A DNA stretch of 64,000 nucleotides from an uncultured Pseudomonadota bacterium (GCA_963736005.1 CAVTNB010000001.1:640001-704000); one strand, 5' to 3'; positions 29,406 to 39,282 are shown, counted from the stretch's first letter. A program made the numbers and translations. The notes: generated by a model not told the origin, from the letters alone.

Positions 29406-29918
29406 TTAACGCACGCTCCGTAAACGCCGTGCTGCTGGCACGCCGTCTTCCTTTAGAGTGATGCCTCCGCGCTCGAACGGCGTGGAAAGCACGATCATCG
29501 TCTTGGTTCGTTCAATTCCTGAAATTTTTTTGAGGCGCGAGAGAAAATTGTCCAACTCGGCGGTCGACTTCGTCATAACTTTGAGAATGAAACTCTCTTC
29601 GCCGGTCACGCTGTGCACCTCGCACACTTCGGGCAAAGCCGAAACTGCTGCCGTAAAGCTATCATAATCCGTCTGGGCTGAGGTGAAGCAACTGACAAAG
29701 GCCGTCAGACCCAAGCCTAAGAGCCTCCCATCGAGTCGTGCGGCATAGCCCCGCACAAACCCACGCGCCTCAAGGCGCTTGACGCGGTCGTGCACGGACG
29801 CCGCTTTGAGGCCCACGAGTTCGCCGAGTTCGGCAAAGGTCGACCGGCCGTTGCGCTGCAGAGCGTCCAGCAGCTGAAGATCGAGTTGGTCAAGGACCGA
29901 ACTGGAACCGTTGAACAA
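29406..29918 (-). CDS. Lrp/AsnC family regulator
   Basis: LDQLDLQLLDALQRNGR HTH; EVHSVTGEES. Confidence 0.93.
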   Translation of the reverse strand: MFNGSSSVLDQLDLQLLDALQRNGRSTFAELGELVGLKAASVHDRVKRLEARGFVRGYAARLDGRLLGLGLTAFVSCFTSAQTDYDSFTAAVSALPEVCEVHSVTGEESFILKVMTKSTAELDNFLSRLKKISGIERTKTMIVLSTPFERGGITLKEDGVPAARRLRSVR

Positions 29919-29950
29919 GGCTGGCTCCCCTTAGTTTATTAGGCGAATAT

Positions 29951-29979
29951 ATCATACTATGAATGTTTTGTTCGCGCAA
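29951..29979 (-). promoter_or_regulatory. Sigma70-type promoter for lrp-kamA
   Basis: TTGCGC-N17-TATGAT. Confidence 0.6.
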
Positions 29980-30118
29980 GTACCGGCCAGGCCTAATAAT
30001 CAATCATCCAATGCTTTTGATGCAACCTCTTTGCCGACGCAGTGAACCGTACACCCCTGGGCTGCATACATTGGGGGTGAGGCACAAATACGGCTTCATA
30101 ACCGGTCGGAGGACCCAC

Positions 30119-30463
30119 ATGCGATCAGTTCTTCTCTTCCTAGCAGCGGCGGCCATCATGACTAGCGTGCCCTCTTTGGCAGACACTATGGCATCGTCCA
30201 CCCCAACCGCAACGCAAATACAAATAGATAACTACACGTTCAAGCCGGCGTCGATAACCATCCCGGTTGGAGCGACCGTAACGTGGAAGAACCTGGACGA
30301 CGATCCGCATACCGCAACCGCGGATGACGGCTCTTTCAATAGCAAAGGTCTGGCCCAAGGAGATACCTACTCACACACGTTCACGAAGCCGGGCACGTAC
30401 CATTACCATTGCACGGTTCATCCTTTTATGCAGGCGACGATTGTTGTCAAGGAGGCAAACTAA
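30119..30463 (+). CDS. Cupredoxin (amicyanin/plastocyanin-like)
   Basis: Signal peptide; PHT and YHCTVHPFM copper ligands; GGAGG SD. Confidence 0.93.
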   Translation: MRSVLLFLAAAAIMTSVPSLADTMASSTPTATQIQIDNYTFKPASITIPVGATVTWKNLDDDPHTATADDGSFNSKGLAQGDTYSHTFTKPGTYHYHCTVHPFMQATIVVKEAN

Positions 30464-31359
30464 TGGATCGTAGCAAGTTCTTGGAATGCATGGCCTGGTG
30501 CGGTACGGGTGTCGTCTACACGCTCGCGGGACCGGGTATTGTGGGGCGCGCATTAGCTTCCCCGATGCCCGCCGTCGTTGGCGCACGCAGCTTTGTGCAA
30601 ATCAGTGATTCGCACATCGGATTTCACGGTGAGGCGAACACGGACGTGCTCTCAACCTTTCAAGCCGCCATCGATAAGATCAACGCGTTACCGGTGCAGC
30701 CGGAATTCGTTATGCACACGGGTGACCTCACCCATCTCTCCAAGCCGGAACAGTTCGACACGGTGCAACAGATGCTGGGCACGATCAAGACCGGTGCCGT
30801 GTACGCGGTCCCAGGCGAGCACGACATCATCGACGATAACGGCGCACTCTACTTCAAGATGTTCGGGAAGAACATCAAACCATGGTACAGTTTTGATGCC
30901 GCGGGCGTGCATAGCCTTGCCCTCACGAACGTCCTCAATATCACGGCGGGAGGCATGCTCGGCAGAGATCAATTGGACTGGGCGCGCGCTGACCTCGCGA
31001 AGCAATCCAGCAATACTCCGATCGCCGTGTTTGCCCATATCCCGCTGTACGCCGCTTACCCAGAATGGGGATGGACGACCGACGACTACTTGGAACTGAT
31101 CTCCATGTTGCGGCGGTTTGATTCTGTCACGGTGCTAAATGGGCACATCCATCAGGTGCTCTCCAAAGTTGATGGCAAGATCACGTTCTTCACCGCTGAT
31201 TCGACCGCGTTTCCGCAACCCAAACCCGGCGCTGCCCCCAAACCAGGACCGCTCAAAGTACCCGCTGGCCAGCTAGGCGAATATCTTGGCATTCGGACGG
31301 TAACGCTGCAGCCGGTCTCAGGCGAAATTGCTGTCGCCGTCGAGACGCTCGCTCATTGA
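30463..31359 (+). CDS. Metallophosphoesterase (CpdA-like)
   Basis: SDSH, TGD, GEHD and GHIH motifs. Confidence 0.92.
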   Translation: MDRSKFLECMAWCGTGVVYTLAGPGIVGRALASPMPAVVGARSFVQISDSHIGFHGEANTDVLSTFQAAIDKINALPVQPEFVMHTGDLTHLSKPEQFDTVQQMLGTIKTGAVYAVPGEHDIIDDNGALYFKMFGKNIKPWYSFDAAGVHSLALTNVLNITAGGMLGRDQLDWARADLAKQSSNTPIAVFAHIPLYAAYPEWGWTTDDYLELISMLRRFDSVTVLNGHIHQVLSKVDGKITFFTADSTAFPQPKPGAAPKPGPLKVPAGQLGEYLGIRTVTLQPVSGEIAVAVETLAH

Positions 31360-31924
31360 GGTGACGGAGACGGAGTCGGGAGAAATCCCCGAGCTGATTC
31401 AGCAGCTCGCCGCAGATGAACCCACGGCATTAGAGCGCGCTTACCAGTTGTATGGGGCGCGCTGTAATGCGATTGCGTATCGTATTTTGCAGGACGACGA
31501 CTTGGCGCGCGATGCCGTCCAGGAAGCGTTTCTTTCTCTGTGGCGCCACCGTCACGGTTTGGTCATTCGCACCGGCGGACTAGCGCCGTGGCTAACCGTT
31601 GTCACAAGAAACGCCGCACTCGGGATTCTGCGCAGTGCAACGTCACGAGCCCAGCGGGAATCCCGAGCGCAGGAGCTCTCCCCAAGCCAAACCGCGGGGG
31701 ACCCGGCCGAGCTCGTCACAGCGCGCAACGTGGCCGGGATGCTGCAGAGTGCGCTCCGCAAGTTGCCCGCAGAACAGCAAAGCGTTGTGGAGCTAGCCTA
31801 CTTTAAGTATCTCACGATGGTGCAGATTGCCGAACGAACCGCAACTCCGCTTGGAACGGTCAAGCGCCGCGCGCAGCTTGCGTTGCGCCAGCTCGGGAAA
31901 CTTATGAACGAGAGTACATCATGA
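31328..31924 (+). CDS. ECF sigma factor (SigK-like); start may be about 31356-31362
   Basis: DAVQEAFLSLW; TPLGTVKRR. Confidence 0.92.
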   Translation: MLSPSRRSLIEVTETESGEIPELIQQLAADEPTALERAYQLYGARCNAIAYRILQDDDLARDAVQEAFLSLWRHRHGLVIRTGGLAPWLTVVTRNAALGILRSATSRAQRESRAQELSPSQTAGDPAELVTARNVAGMLQSALRKLPAEQQSVVELAYFKYLTMVQIAERTATPLGTVKRRAQLALRQLGKLMNESTS

Positions 31925-32526
31925 CGACGCATCCGTACGACGATATCGAAGCGTTTGCACTTGGTGGGCTCGACGCCGATGCCGGCGCCCGTCTTTTGGA
32001 GCATGCCGATCAGTGCCCGAGCTGCGCCGTCCTGCTCGCCGAGGCTATGAGGACCGCCGCAGCCTTAGAGCCACCGGGTGAACGAACTCTGGTGACGCGC
32101 ATTTCTTCACGACAACCTCGCCGCATCGCCCCGTGGATTGGGTCCTTCGTGGCCGCAGCAGCCTTAATAGCGCTTGCGATCTGGAATATCGACCTTCGCT
32201 CGAAGATTTTTCCTGTTCCGATTGCGTCCCTCGTGCATAGTCACTTCCAGCATCACGAGCTGCACGGAATCGTAGGCTCGGCCAAAGTCATTCAGGCGCT
32301 GGATGGTAGTTGGCTCTATCTGGTTGGAGATGAGCTCGCTCCGCGCTCGACTTATTATCTCTGGGAAGTCGTTGGAGGCAAAGAGCGTGAGGTGGGATCG
32401 TTTGAAACGAACTCTAGCGGACAAGCTGCAGCATACTGGGGGTCATCCCCCGCGAAGATTCAAGCGCTGGTCGTGAGCAGCGCGCCGGGTGAACCGAGCA
32501 ACGGGGGCGACCTGCGCTGGCCCTAA
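31921..32526 (+). CDS. Zinc-binding anti-sigma factor (RskA-like)
   Basis: HADQCPSC (HxxxCxxC), TM, YYLW; ATGA overlap with the sigma gene. Confidence 0.88.
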   Translation: MTTHPYDDIEAFALGGLDADAGARLLEHADQCPSCAVLLAEAMRTAAALEPPGERTLVTRISSRQPRRIAPWIGSFVAAAALIALAIWNIDLRSKIFPVPIASLVHSHFQHHELHGIVGSAKVIQALDGSWLYLVGDELAPRSTYYLWEVVGGKEREVGSFETNSSGQAAAYWGSSPAKIQALVVSSAPGEPSNGGDLRWP

Positions 32527-32894
32527 AGGTTCGTTGCCTTGTTGGCGTCTGCGTTGCTCGCTTGCGAGCTTAAGGCGCGGAGGGCGTTCGCAGTGCGGAT
32601 TGTTGCTCTGAGCCTGAAGACAACCATGACGATGACCCCGACAAAAACTATCGCTACCCCGGGAGTTGCATTGCTCAAGTTGGCCGAGAGGTCGCCAAAC
32701 TTCAATCCGAGATCCATGCTCCCAGTGAAGCCCTTGAAGATGATGATGACTCCGACAACCGCCAAGAAACCGCCCACCAGCGTACCGATGAGGCTATTCC
32801 AAATCTCGGCGCTAATTAACTTTCCGGCGGTGACTGGATCCAGACCACCAGGAACTTGAACGTCGAAGGATCGTACTGGCGGCGGCCCTTGCAT
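32523..32894 (-). CDS. Hypothetical 2-TM protein
   Basis: Two hydrophobic helices, NATPG; AGAGG SD. Confidence 0.7.
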   Translation of the reverse strand: MQGPPPVRSFDVQVPGGLDPVTAGKLISAEIWNSLIGTLVGGFLAVVGVIIIFKGFTGSMDLGLKFGDLSANLSNATPGVAIVFVGVIVMVVFRLRATIRTANALRALSSQASNADANKATNL

Positions 32895-32935
32895 TTCGCA
32901 TCCTCTTTCGCCTGAAGTGCATATTGTCCGGTTTA

Positions 32936-33538
32936 TTACAAAATCGCGGGCTCTGGTGCGATGGGCCACGGATTACGCACCGCCATCCGGCGCATTCGCG
33001 CCGGGTAGGTCCCGTTTGGACGGGCGCGCATCCAATCTTCTGAAAGCACCGCCAGGTACTCGAAATTCTCCCAAAGCGCGACATTGCCAGTAGCCTCGCG
33101 AGCCAACCCGAGGAGTTTTTCCAACCTCGTCCAGTTGCCCGCAATAACCCACGAATAGCGATCAAGAAAGATGCTCTGGTCGACAACGCCATTCTTGACA
33201 AGGATGCCAAGCTCTTCGTACGAGTTACCAACGAGGTTTACCGCTTTGTGCAGTTCCTCGTATTCTGGTTTGACGTCTGGAGTCGCGTGACGGCGATCCA
33301 GCGCGACATTATACTCGCGAAAAAGCGGATCATTGAGCGCCGCCTCGAGCTGCTCCCTCACCAACGTTTGGGCATCCGAAAATCGCTTCGCGCTAAATTC
33401 TTCACCGATGCTCAGCATGGCGTTGATTTGATTTCCGGCACGCAAGTGCCGTAATTGCACGAGCGCTGCGACAGCAGCTGCAGCCACAATGAGTACCGTT
33501 ATGACGGTGCCCAGAGTATTAATGAGTTCGAGCGACAT
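32936..33538 (-). CDS. DUF4760-like membrane-anchored protein (paralog 3)
   Basis: N-terminal TM; NSYEELGILVK; WENFEYLA; PNGTYP matches PHGTYP in paralog 1. Confidence 0.82.
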   Translation of the reverse strand: MSLELINTLGTVITVLIVAAAAVAALVQLRHLRAGNQINAMLSIGEEFSAKRFSDAQTLVREQLEAALNDPLFREYNVALDRRHATPDVKPEYEELHKAVNLVGNSYEELGILVKNGVVDQSIFLDRYSWVIAGNWTRLEKLLGLAREATGNVALWENFEYLAVLSEDWMRARPNGTYPARMRRMAVRNPWPIAPEPAIL

Positions 33539-33782
33539 GGCGACCTCCAATGATAATGAGAGAGTAGCCCCCCTCTAATCGGGCCCGGCGCGAACACCAG
33601 TGGCGCAGGAATTTGGGTAGCTGGGCTGTGCCACCTACGATACACTTGCCTACCCTCCCAAGAGGCGTTTACAAGCGCGACGCAGATTGGCGAGACTCCA
33701 TAAGAAAGCTACGCAAAGGGCAAGAGCAGCTAGGCGCTAGGTCCTGCAGCGAGGTTGCAGAAAGCACAGCCCGGAGGTGCGC

Positions 33783-34913
33783 ATGCTCAACCTCAAGCGC
33801 GCTGGCATTGTCTGTTTGGCGCTCACCTTGTTTCTTACGCAACATTCGACTGCTGCAATGGTGCAACCCACGCAGCCGTCGACATCGACCGCTCAGCCCG
33901 TACCGAGCGGACTCGTTGTCGTCATAAGAAACACGCCGCAAAGTGGATCATTGGATGCACAAGCATTGAATAACCCCTACATTAGCGGCGTGGCGTTGCA
34001 GATCCATTGGAGCGACATCGAACCGGTTGAAGGAAAACCAGATTGGTCGAAGCTCGATGCACTGTTCGCCGCTGCGGAATCATCAAAGAAATGGGTGCAG
34101 CTCTGCATCTATCCTGGCTTTTTTACGCCTGCGTGGGCCCTGAAGGGCGTGCAGACCGACCTCTTCCCAATTCCATATGGACCATACATAGGTAAGGTCG
34201 AGAGCCTTCCGATGCCCTGGGATACGATGTACCTTAACCGTTGGTTTGCATTCCTGAAACTACTGAGCGACAGGTACGGAATGTCGTCCGCTTTTCGAGT
34301 GGTCGCAGCTGACGGGCCAACATCGGTTTCGCCAGAGTTCACATTGCCAAACTCGCCACAGGACCTTAAGCAGTGGCAAAATGATGGTTATACGCCATCT
34401 AAATATCTCGGAGCATGGCAACTGGTCTTCCGAGCATATGCCGCCGATTTTCCTCGTCAGTACTTTTCTTTGTCCACGGGGACTGGTCTTAGTATTAATG
34501 ACCAAGGTAAAATTGATCCTCGTGAGCATTTGCAAACGAGACAGGCACTGGTTAACGAAGCGAATGCTCTCTTGGGACGCCGATTTGCGCTTGAGATGGA
34601 CGATGTCCATGCAGGCTTGGGTGCTCACACCCCCAATTCACAGATGGAAGATCAATTTATTATCGGTTATAACGGACGTAGTATCACCGGTTTTCAAATG
34701 CGCACCTCTGCCGAACTCGACAGCCGAGGGATGGGAGCTGCGGGCGATCCTCCGCTGGCTTTGCGAAGGTCAATCGATTTCGCGATGGAGCCGAACAGTG
34801 TCGGGCAGCATGTAAACTATCTGGAAATCTACGAACCCGACGTCCGCGCCGATGACTTGCAATCAACGCTGCGCTATGGAGCATCGCTGTTCGCGCCTCG
34901 GGCCACGCCCTAA
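33783..34913 (+). CDS. Secreted glycoside-hydrolase-like TIM-barrel protein
   Basis: Signal peptide; IHWSDIEPVEGKPDWSKLD resembles a clan GH-A N-terminus; GGAGG SD. Confidence 0.75.
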   Translation: MLNLKRAGIVCLALTLFLTQHSTAAMVQPTQPSTSTAQPVPSGLVVVIRNTPQSGSLDAQALNNPYISGVALQIHWSDIEPVEGKPDWSKLDALFAAAESSKKWVQLCIYPGFFTPAWALKGVQTDLFPIPYGPYIGKVESLPMPWDTMYLNRWFAFLKLLSDRYGMSSAFRVVAADGPTSVSPEFTLPNSPQDLKQWQNDGYTPSKYLGAWQLVFRAYAADFPRQYFSLSTGTGLSINDQGKIDPREHLQTRQALVNEANALLGRRFALEMDDVHAGLGAHTPNSQMEDQFIIGYNGRSITGFQMRTSAELDSRGMGAAGDPPLALRRSIDFAMEPNSVGQHVNYLEIYEPDVRADDLQSTLRYGASLFAPRATP

Positions 34914-34955
34914 TTCTGAGCTGGCCCGTGCAATTGCTCAGGATTGCCACAAAAA

Positions 34956-35120
34956 ATGCGGCCAATCATGTTCCACACATTGCGACACAAGTTTGCCAGG
35001 GCACTTGCTCGACAAAACGTCCACCCTCGGATCGCTCAAAACTTACTTGGCCTTTCAGACCCTCGGCTGACAATGGCAATCTATAGCTCACGCCGATTTC
35101 TCTCGATCTTGTCCCGATAG
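34956..35120 (+). pseudogene. Tyrosine recombinase/integrase C-terminal remnant
   Basis: MRPIMFHTLRHKFARALARQNVHPRIAQNLLGLSDPRLTMAIY: HxLRH, LG(H>L)S and catalytic Tyr. Confidence 0.85.
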
Positions 35121-36103
35121 AGATCGAAAGCATCGCTCTGCTTGCAGTGGCGTTTTGAGCCTTTCGCACCAGCGTGAGCGACGTCCGCCCTGCTAAAATA
35201 GCCACAATCGCTTGGTGTTTACGAAGCGGTTCGGGCGCGATGAGGCGCTCTCTCCAGAAAACCAAAGGAGAACTTCCTCATGTATTCGACACCGAAAATC
35301 ATCGCCTCACTCGACGTGCGACTGCTCTTAGCCGACGCGGTTGGTACCGGCAGTTGTACAGATCCCGCCGGTTGCGGTTAATGGCGAAAGCCTAGACAGC
35401 TCGAAGCATTGGGCTGATCGGAGAGGGCACCGCGCTAGCGGTGCACTCTCCATTTTCTTAGCTCCCGCCACTGAAGGAAGCGCTCAAGGTCTAGTCGCCG
35501 ATTCGCGCGATCTTCGCCCGATATGGATGGGCCCATCAACGTGCCTGGCCGTGCTCGTAAACTCGCGGCATGCACGGTTCCTGGCATAACGGGCCGATAG
35601 TCGGTGCAACGCCGACAATACGCCTTTGCCCGGTCGCGTACGACGCACTGTACGGTGGCTGCATAGGCGACCTCGTTCGTCTGAATGAGCAGAATCGAAA
35701 ACCAGACGTCGCAAAGCATTTGGTTTACTAGGAAACGAAAATTAAATTCATTCGCAGTTACTCTGCTCAATGTTCGAGGAACGGCTAGCAATCGAACGTT
35801 TACGAAAATGGCTTAACTATGAATTTGGCAGCTCCGATGAGCGCGGCAAAGCACGCAAAGATACGTACGAGCGGCAACTTTCCGAGGCGCGCCTTGTTCA
35901 TGGACGCCTGAGGAATCTGAAGTAGAAAGCTGCGAACACCAAGACAATGCCAATATTCACCGTCAGCCGTTCCCAGAATCGGTTTCTGAAGAACGCGAAA
36001 TCTACAGCGACTATGACGGCTACCATCGCCACCAGGTACAGCACGACAACTAGACGCAAGATCTGGCCCCATTCGCGCTCAAATTTTCGCCAGCGGTCAA
36101 CAT

Positions 36104-36319
36104 GTGCTAGGTAGCGTGCGGCAACGAAAATCGACTGTCCTTTTCCGCTGGTATCTACGCAACGCCGTGAGTTCTGACGTTACGGTCGCAGCCGTCAACC
36201 CAGCCTCAGCGCCGGCGGTCAAAGATCCAAACGATTCTCGAAAGTCGGTGACGTTCACCGTAACTCCGGTCGCGCCGGGCACGTGAACGATTACGGTTAC
36301 GGACAAGCAGGGCACTAAT
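36104..36319 (+). pseudogene. Remnant of an Ig-like secreted protein gene
   Basis: SSDVTVAAV..VTFTVTPVAPGT-(TGA)-TITVTDKQG with an in-frame stop and no intact N-terminus. Confidence 0.55.
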
Positions 36320-36576
36320 TAGGGGCGAAGCCAAGAGTATACGTTTCAACCGCAAGGGTGAGCCCGTTCTTGTAACAGTCTCGCCTCTCGTGCAGTTACA
36401 AGCAATCCGGGACGATTTTAGGATGACGTTAGGCATTTAACCAAGCGCCTCACAAACCCGCATTTCCTGTCTTTTCCAAGAAAAGGTTAGACAGAGGTTA
36501 GATTCGCGCTGTCAAGTGCGCCTGTCAAGAGCCGCGAAGTCTTAGCAAACCGTTATGTGATAAGCGAAAGATTGGA

Positions 36577-36648
36577 AGCCGACGGAGGGATTTGAACCCC
36601 CGACCCGCGGTTTACAAAACCGCTGCTCTACCCCTGAGCTACGTCGGC
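36577..36648 (-). tRNA. tRNA-Thr(TGT)
   Basis: GCCGACGTAGCTCAGGGGTAGAGC..TT-TGT-AA..GGTTCAAATCC. Confidence 0.96.
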
Positions 36649-36702
36649 ACGCTGCCCACGAGTGTTTCGGTTCTCGTGCGATGGAACCTAGCTCGGATGC
36701 TC

Positions 36703-38487
36703 CTACGCAGGCTGAGTCTGCGTGTCTGCGAGCCGAGTTCGCAATGACTCGATTTCTCTCGTTGCCGAGTCGAGGATTTTTCTCATCGCTTCGGCATCCA
36801 GATGATCGTACGCCGCCGCCGCGCCGGGTGCGAGACCGGCAATCGCCTTGGTCTCATCCGGGTCGAGCGCTTCACCACGAATGTGAGCGCCATAAACTAC
36901 GATCGCTGCAAGGTTGCGACGAACAATGATAGGAAGCGCCAAGACGGGATGCGCCGGACCCGAAGGCACACCTTGAGTGCGCCACGGATGATCGTCCAGT
37001 GACAGCGGCCCGTTCTCGGTCTGCAACAGCATCAAAAAGTGCGCGTCATCGTCGTCCAATCTCGAAACATCGCTTAGCGCCCATCCCTCAGACGCCTCGC
37101 GGACGTATATGCCATCGTTACCGCGTCGGAAAAGGGCCGCAGATGCAAGGGACAGCGTTCGCACTGGTTCGCTCACCAATGCCTGTGCGACAGCTCCCGT
37201 CGTCGTGGCTGAAGGGAGCGCCGCAGCATTGCGAGCAAGCTGCACTTCTGCCCGATGACGCTGGCGGAAAAACGTCGCGTCAATGAGCGTTTCGACGCGC
37301 CGGTGCAGGCTATTGAACCAAAAGCCGACGCCGATCGCCACGCCTACCTCTGCGATCGTACCTAACCGTGCCAGCTTGAGCTTGTCGAGGAAGAACCAGT
37401 CAATGACTGAGAAGACGCCGACGAGCAACGTCGTGAGCAGGGCATACACAAGAGTACGGCTCACGACAAAGCTTACGTCGATGACACGATGCTTTATGAC
37501 CGCGTAGGCAACGGTGAGGGGCACAACGACGCTGACGAGGCTGAGGCTTGCATAGAACCAATACGGCAGGTTGAACTTGGTAAAAAGAAGCACCATGCGA
37601 GCCACAAAAACGATCCCAAAACCAAGGACGACCCAGCGTATGCGCTGCCTGTCATTTCCATCAGAGTGTAGGTAGGTGCCAATGAGCGCAAACAATGCGA
37701 GCAAAAACACAGCCCCGGCTAAGACGAAGATGAGGTTGAGGGTAGCCTCAGCCGGCCAACCAAACCACTCGCTGCCCAATAGCCTGTAGGTGCCAAGTCC
37801 CCAAAGAACGAGCACGAGAAATGGGGACCAGCGACAAATTAGCCGTCGCCAGCCGCCGAATTCTTTCCGTAAGAAGACCGCGCAAAAGACGGCCAGGCCC
37901 ACAGCGCCCGCGGCGAGCAGATACACCGAAACAATATCGGAGATAACGCCCCAAGGCGGACCCAGCACATACGACTTCAAGCTGGCAGGCGCCCCGTTCA
38001 ATCCGAGACAAAAGGCATAAAAAGCCCACGTCGTGATTGATGGACGCAGGAGCACCAACGCGGCTCCGATACCGACAAAAAGCAACACAGCGAATTCTCG
38101 TACCACAATGAGAGTCTGCTTGGCAATCCCCATCGTTTCTGGTTCGCTCACCATCGCCACGTAGCGGCCGCTCGAACCGCTTCTAATTGCCACTACAGCA
38201 CGCTGTCCGGGCAAGGATGTTCCCCCACTCGCGACCACCTCCCGATATTCGGGCTTCGTCGCTGCGATGTCGATCCGATCGCCGACGTTCAGCCCTGCGC
38301 GAGAAGCCGGAGAGTCTGGGTACGAAGCTGTGATGACGTTGTCATCATCACGCACGTAGCCGAAATCTCCCTCAGGTTGCCAAACCCTCCGGATGTCGGG
38401 CAATGAAAACACCAGAACCAGTGCGGCCAAGAAGAGCACCGCGAACGTTCGTAAAGCGGCTTTGCTCGATATTGTGTCTATAGCCAT
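36703..38487 (-). CDS. PDZ - multi-TM - GAF membrane protein (paralog 2)
   Basis: SPASRAGLNVGDRI; C-terminal half highly similar to 19450-21231. Confidence 0.85.
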   Translation of the reverse strand: MAIDTISSKAALRTFAVLFLAALVLVFSLPDIRRVWQPEGDFGYVRDDDNVITASYPDSPASRAGLNVGDRIDIAATKPEYREVVASGGTSLPGQRAVVAIRSGSSGRYVAMVSEPETMGIAKQTLIVVREFAVLLFVGIGAALVLLRPSITTWAFYAFCLGLNGAPASLKSYVLGPPWGVISDIVSVYLLAAGAVGLAVFCAVFLRKEFGGWRRLICRWSPFLVLVLWGLGTYRLLGSEWFGWPAEATLNLIFVLAGAVFLLALFALIGTYLHSDGNDRQRIRWVVLGFGIVFVARMVLLFTKFNLPYWFYASLSLVSVVVPLTVAYAVIKHRVIDVSFVVSRTLVYALLTTLLVGVFSVIDWFFLDKLKLARLGTIAEVGVAIGVGFWFNSLHRRVETLIDATFFRQRHRAEVQLARNAAALPSATTTGAVAQALVSEPVRTLSLASAALFRRGNDGIYVREASEGWALSDVSRLDDDDAHFLMLLQTENGPLSLDDHPWRTQGVPSGPAHPVLALPIIVRRNLAAIVVYGAHIRGEALDPDETKAIAGLAPGAAAAYDHLDAEAMRKILDSATREIESLRTRLADTQTQPA

Positions 38488-38502
38488 ACGCTCCTACGCG
38501 AG

Positions 38503-39138
38503 CTACATACCGCCGTAGAGGCCCAAGGTTATGTACACAGCATGGCCGTCGCGAAAGACGACGACGCCGAAGTGGGCGCAGCGCTGGGGCTTCGGGCAAT
38601 TCTTCAAGACCGATAATGCTGAAGTGTGAGCGTCCAAGCGTTTGGCGGCGGAGGCCGAAACGCCGAAGTCGCTGGCCGCTTGACTCGGTGACATGCCTAA
38701 TTTCAGACCGCGGACGGATACCACTCCGGAAAGGTTGCGCCCGGGAATTTTGGACGGAGGCGCAGCCGCGTAGGCGATCAGGTCATCCCATCCACCATCA
38801 TCATTGTAGGCCGTACCGGCAGCGATACGGTGGACGCTGTCATACACCCAACTCGACCCTGCCCCAGCGGTCGGAAGATCGACTCCAGGGTATCCCAGAC
38901 CGTTTTGACCGCGCTTGCTCCATGCTTCGTATGGAATCGATCCAAAATGATCGGCCACCATTGTCGACGCCGTCGTGAGCGAGCCCGCTTGCCACGCCAT
39001 GGGCGTTGTTTTCTCGGCCCAGGAGACCAGTGCGTCAGTTGTGTCTGCAGCGGCGATGCTCGTACAAAGTATAGCAGCGAAAAACGCAATGAGACTGCGC
39101 ACGCGTGAGCGCGAAGCTTTCAGGCCTCCATGAAACAT
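38503..39138 (-). CDS. Hypothetical secreted protein
   Basis: Signal-like N-terminus; co-oriented with neighbours. Confidence 0.7.
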   Translation of the reverse strand: MFHGGLKASRSRVRSLIAFFAAILCTSIAAADTTDALVSWAEKTTPMAWQAGSLTTASTMVADHFGSIPYEAWSKRGQNGLGYPGVDLPTAGAGSSWVYDSVHRIAAGTAYNDDGGWDDLIAYAAAPPSKIPGRNLSGVVSVRGLKLGMSPSQAASDFGVSASAAKRLDAHTSALSVLKNCPKPQRCAHFGVVVFRDGHAVYITLGLYGGM

Positions 39139-39282
39139 GAAACTTGGCCCTCCGTCATGACCGCGGAGAATTATGAGGATACGGTCGAGCGCTTAGGTTC
39201 GAGCGATGGTCCCCTAGAGCCTCGTAGTTCGACGTGACGATTGAGCGAGGCGTCAGCTTGCAAATGGACGGTCGAAAATCGA

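Noticed and set aside
32503..32525. Additional family 1 REP at the anti-sigma 3' end
   Set aside because: Stem and tag are too degenerate to separate from chance.
35435..36072. Two minus-strand ORFs (118 and 90 aa)
   Set aside because: No SD or recognisable motifs; located in the decayed region.
36284..36286. Selenocysteine TGA in the Ig-like fragment
   Set aside because: No intact gene or SECIS-like hairpin; the surrounding DNA is decayed.
15045..36576. Intact prophage or ICE between tRNA-Thr and tRNA-Tyr
   Set aside because: No intact integrase, phage or conjugation genes, and no duplicated tRNA 3' end found by eye.
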